A stretch of DNA of 39,758 nucleotides from Shigella phage SfIV. The translations under genes and the position numbers were made by a program. The stretch is taken from the sequence record KC814930; one strand, 5' to 3'. This document shows positions 38,046-39,758 of the stretch, in pieces. The first letter of the stretch is position 1; each line of letters opens with the position of its first letter. A model generated the notes under the pieces. That model was given only the letters and a program-made list of their open reading frames with translations. It made no database searches and was not told where the DNA came from.

Positions 38046-38522
38046 ATGCAGGTACTAAATTCCCAGCGTATAGCTTTCCTCGATATGGTGGCATGGTCAG
38101 AAGGAACGGATAACGGGCGACAACCGACACGTAACCACGGTTATGATGTTATTGTTGGCGGCGAACTGTTTACTGATTACTCTGATCACCCTCGCAAACT
38201 TGTCACGCTAAACCCAAAACTCAAATCAACAGCCGCCGGACGTTACCAGCTTCTTTCCCGTTGGTGGGATGCCTATCGCAAGCAGCTTGGCCTGAAAGAC
38301 TTCTCTCCGAAAAGCCAGGACGCTGTGGCATTGCAGCAGATTAAAGAGCGTGGCGCTTTACCGATGATTGATCGCGGCGATATTCGTCAGGCTATCGATC
38401 GTTGCAGCAATATCTGGGCGTCGTTACCTGGTGCAGGTTACGGTCAGTATGAACATAAAATCGGTGACCTGATTTCCCGGTTTAAAGAGGCTGGTGGGGT
38501 GGTAAATGAAGTTGAGCTATAA
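38046..38522 (+). CDS. R: endolysin (lambda R-type lytic transglycosylase)
   Basis: 158 aa; FLDMVAWSEGTDNGRQPTRNHGYDVIVGGELFTDYSDHPRKLVTLNPKLKSTAAGRYQLLSRWWDAYRKQLGLKDFSPKSQDAVALQQIKERGALPMIDRGDIRQAIDRCSNIWASLPGAGYGQ closely matches lambda R as I recall it. Confidence 0.9.
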   Translation: MQVLNSQRIAFLDMVAWSEGTDNGRQPTRNHGYDVIVGGELFTDYSDHPRKLVTLNPKLKSTAAGRYQLLSRWWDAYRKQLGLKDFSPKSQDAVALQQIKERGALPMIDRGDIRQAIDRCSNIWASLPGAGYGQYEHKIGDLISRFKEAGGVVNEVEL

Positions 38523-38898
38523 GCTGGCTATCTCTGCATTCTTCTTTACTGTCATCGGTTCTTTCATCTGGTCTGCTAACCACTACTACAGCAAATATCA
38601 GCACGAAAAGAAACGTGCTGATGAGGCTGTACGAAATGCTGAATCAGCAACAGCCATTACCAATAACGTCCTGCAATCACTACAAATCGTCAATACAGTT
38701 CTGGAGGCTAACCAGCATGCAAAACAACAGATCGCACTGGAGTCACAGAGAACCCAGGCTGATATCAAAGTGGCTGTTGCGGATGATGATTGTGCTGTAC
38801 GCCCTGTGCCTGCTGCCGCTGCTGACCGGTTGCGAAAGTTCGCGGACAGTTTACGTGCCAGTTCCGGCTATACCGTTACCGGCGAGTCTGACCGCTGA
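38506..38898 (+). CDS. spanin inner-membrane subunit (Rz-like)
   Basis: 130 aa, N-terminal TM segment, overlaps the endolysin 3' end. Confidence 0.7.
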   Translation: MKLSYKLAISAFFFTVIGSFIWSANHYYSKYQHEKKRADEAVRNAESATAITNNVLQSLQIVNTVLEANQHAKQQIALESQRTQADIKVAVADDDCAVRPVPAAAADRLRKFADSLRASSGYTVTGESDR

Positions 38899-39058
38899 AA
38901 CCCCGCAACCAGCCATTTCTGAACCGCTGACTTATGCGGGTAGCCTAGATTTGAATGTCAGTCTGTTGTCGGCGCTAGGGCAGTGCAATCTGGATAAAGC
39001 GGGGATCAGAAGGATAGAGGCGAGCCGGTCAGGTAGAAGTGAATCAGGCTCAAAGTGA
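38783..39058 (+). CDS. spanin outer-membrane lipoprotein subunit (Rz1-like)
   Basis: +1 frame relative to Rz; MMIVLYALCLLPLLTGC lipobox signal, proline-rich mature region; extends beyond the Rz stop. Confidence 0.65.
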   Translation: MMIVLYALCLLPLLTGCESSRTVYVPVPAIPLPASLTAETPQPAISEPLTYAGSLDLNVSLLSALGQCNLDKAGIRRIEASRSGRSESGSK

Positions 39059-39349
39059 AGCGGAAAAGGTCTTCGGCATAAGGTGACGTAGTAATAATTA
39101 CAGTCAACTGACTTTTGGAACGAAGCATGTTGAACCTCCTTAATTGATGTTATTTGAGTGAGGAAGGCATTCTGTCCTTCTAAAGTGTCACCTAAATCAA
39201 GTAGGCAACTCGTCCAACGCGTTGGACATGCCTCCCCATTAGTGAGTCGTATTGATTGCGACTCTTCAAAGAATCCATTACTGCGTTGATGAAAAAGGTT
39301 TACTACGAATGAAGGCAGCTATTTCGCTGGTTTCTTCATTGGAGTACAT

Positions 39350-39700
39350 ATGCCCCCACGAACCCCAAAAGCCTGCCGTGTTCGCGGCTGCTCCCATACC
39401 ACCACTGACTCGTCAGGCTATTGCGAAAGCCACAAAAGCGAAGGCTGGAAGCAATACAAGCCAGGCCAGTCCCGTCATCAGCGCGGCTACGGTTCGAAGT
39501 GGGACTGTATCCGCGCGCGTGTCCTGAAGCGTGACAAAGGCCTGTGTCAGTTATGTCTGCGTGCTGGTGTGGTGCGTGAGGCGAAAACCGTTGACCACAT
39601 CATCCCTAAAGCGCGTGGCGGCACTGATGCCGACAGTAATCTACAGAGCCTGTGTTGGCCGTGTCATAAGGCGAAGACGGCCCGTGAATGGCTGAAGTAA
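39350..39700 (+). CDS. HNH endonuclease (terminase-associated)
   Basis: 116 aa; Cys-rich N-terminus and HNH core (VDHIIPKARGGTDADSNLQSLCWPCHKAKT); located just before the presumed cos and the terminase genes. Confidence 0.85.
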   Translation: MPPRTPKACRVRGCSHTTTDSSGYCESHKSEGWKQYKPGQSRHQRGYGSKWDCIRARVLKRDKGLCQLCLRAGVVREAKTVDHIIPKARGGTDADSNLQSLCWPCHKAKTAREWLK

Positions 39701-39758
39701 GAACCAGTTCCCACTGCCAGAGGGGAGGGGCGGGTCAAATCCCTGTGACCTGACGTCT

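Noticed and set aside
39252-39527. 91-aa ORF overlapping the HNH endonuclease start
   Set aside because: Alternative frame across the HNH gene start with a low-complexity product and no SD.

Overview
The window reads as a complete, cos-to-cos temperate phage genome (about 39.8 kb) of an enterobacterial host: it opens with the terminase genes and closes with an HNH endonuclease. From the sequence I can support an HK97-type head module, a Mu-type contractile tail and baseplate module, a gtrA-gtrB-gtrC O-antigen glucosylation cassette beside an attP that carries the 3' 46 nt of tRNA-Thr (thrW), a P22-type integrase/excisionase, a lambdoid immunity and replication region, a Q antiterminator and a lambda-type lysis cassette. 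This architecture matches what is established for Shigella flexneri serotype-converting phages (SfV/SfII/SfIV-like), but I cannot confirm identity without a database search. Two insertion sequences are present: an IS3-family element inside the tail-fibre region and an IS1 with a perfect 9-bp target duplication. The most interesting candidate is an AT-rich, convergently transcribed two-gene module between Q and the late promoter: a 356-aa soluble protein followed by a 4-TM membrane protein whose gene is split by the IS1. Its layout resembles RexA/RexB-type exclusion modules, with no family assignable by eye. Other notable items are a perfect SOS box upstream of a KilA-N antirepressor with a phage-encoded LexA DNA-binding-domain-only protein nearby, a -1 frameshift site in the tail chaperone, rusA with an in-frame TGA, iterons inside the O-like gene, and a GC-rich structured non-coding region in the early-left operon. 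All coordinates and calls come from reading the sequence and ORF track; no similarity search was run.
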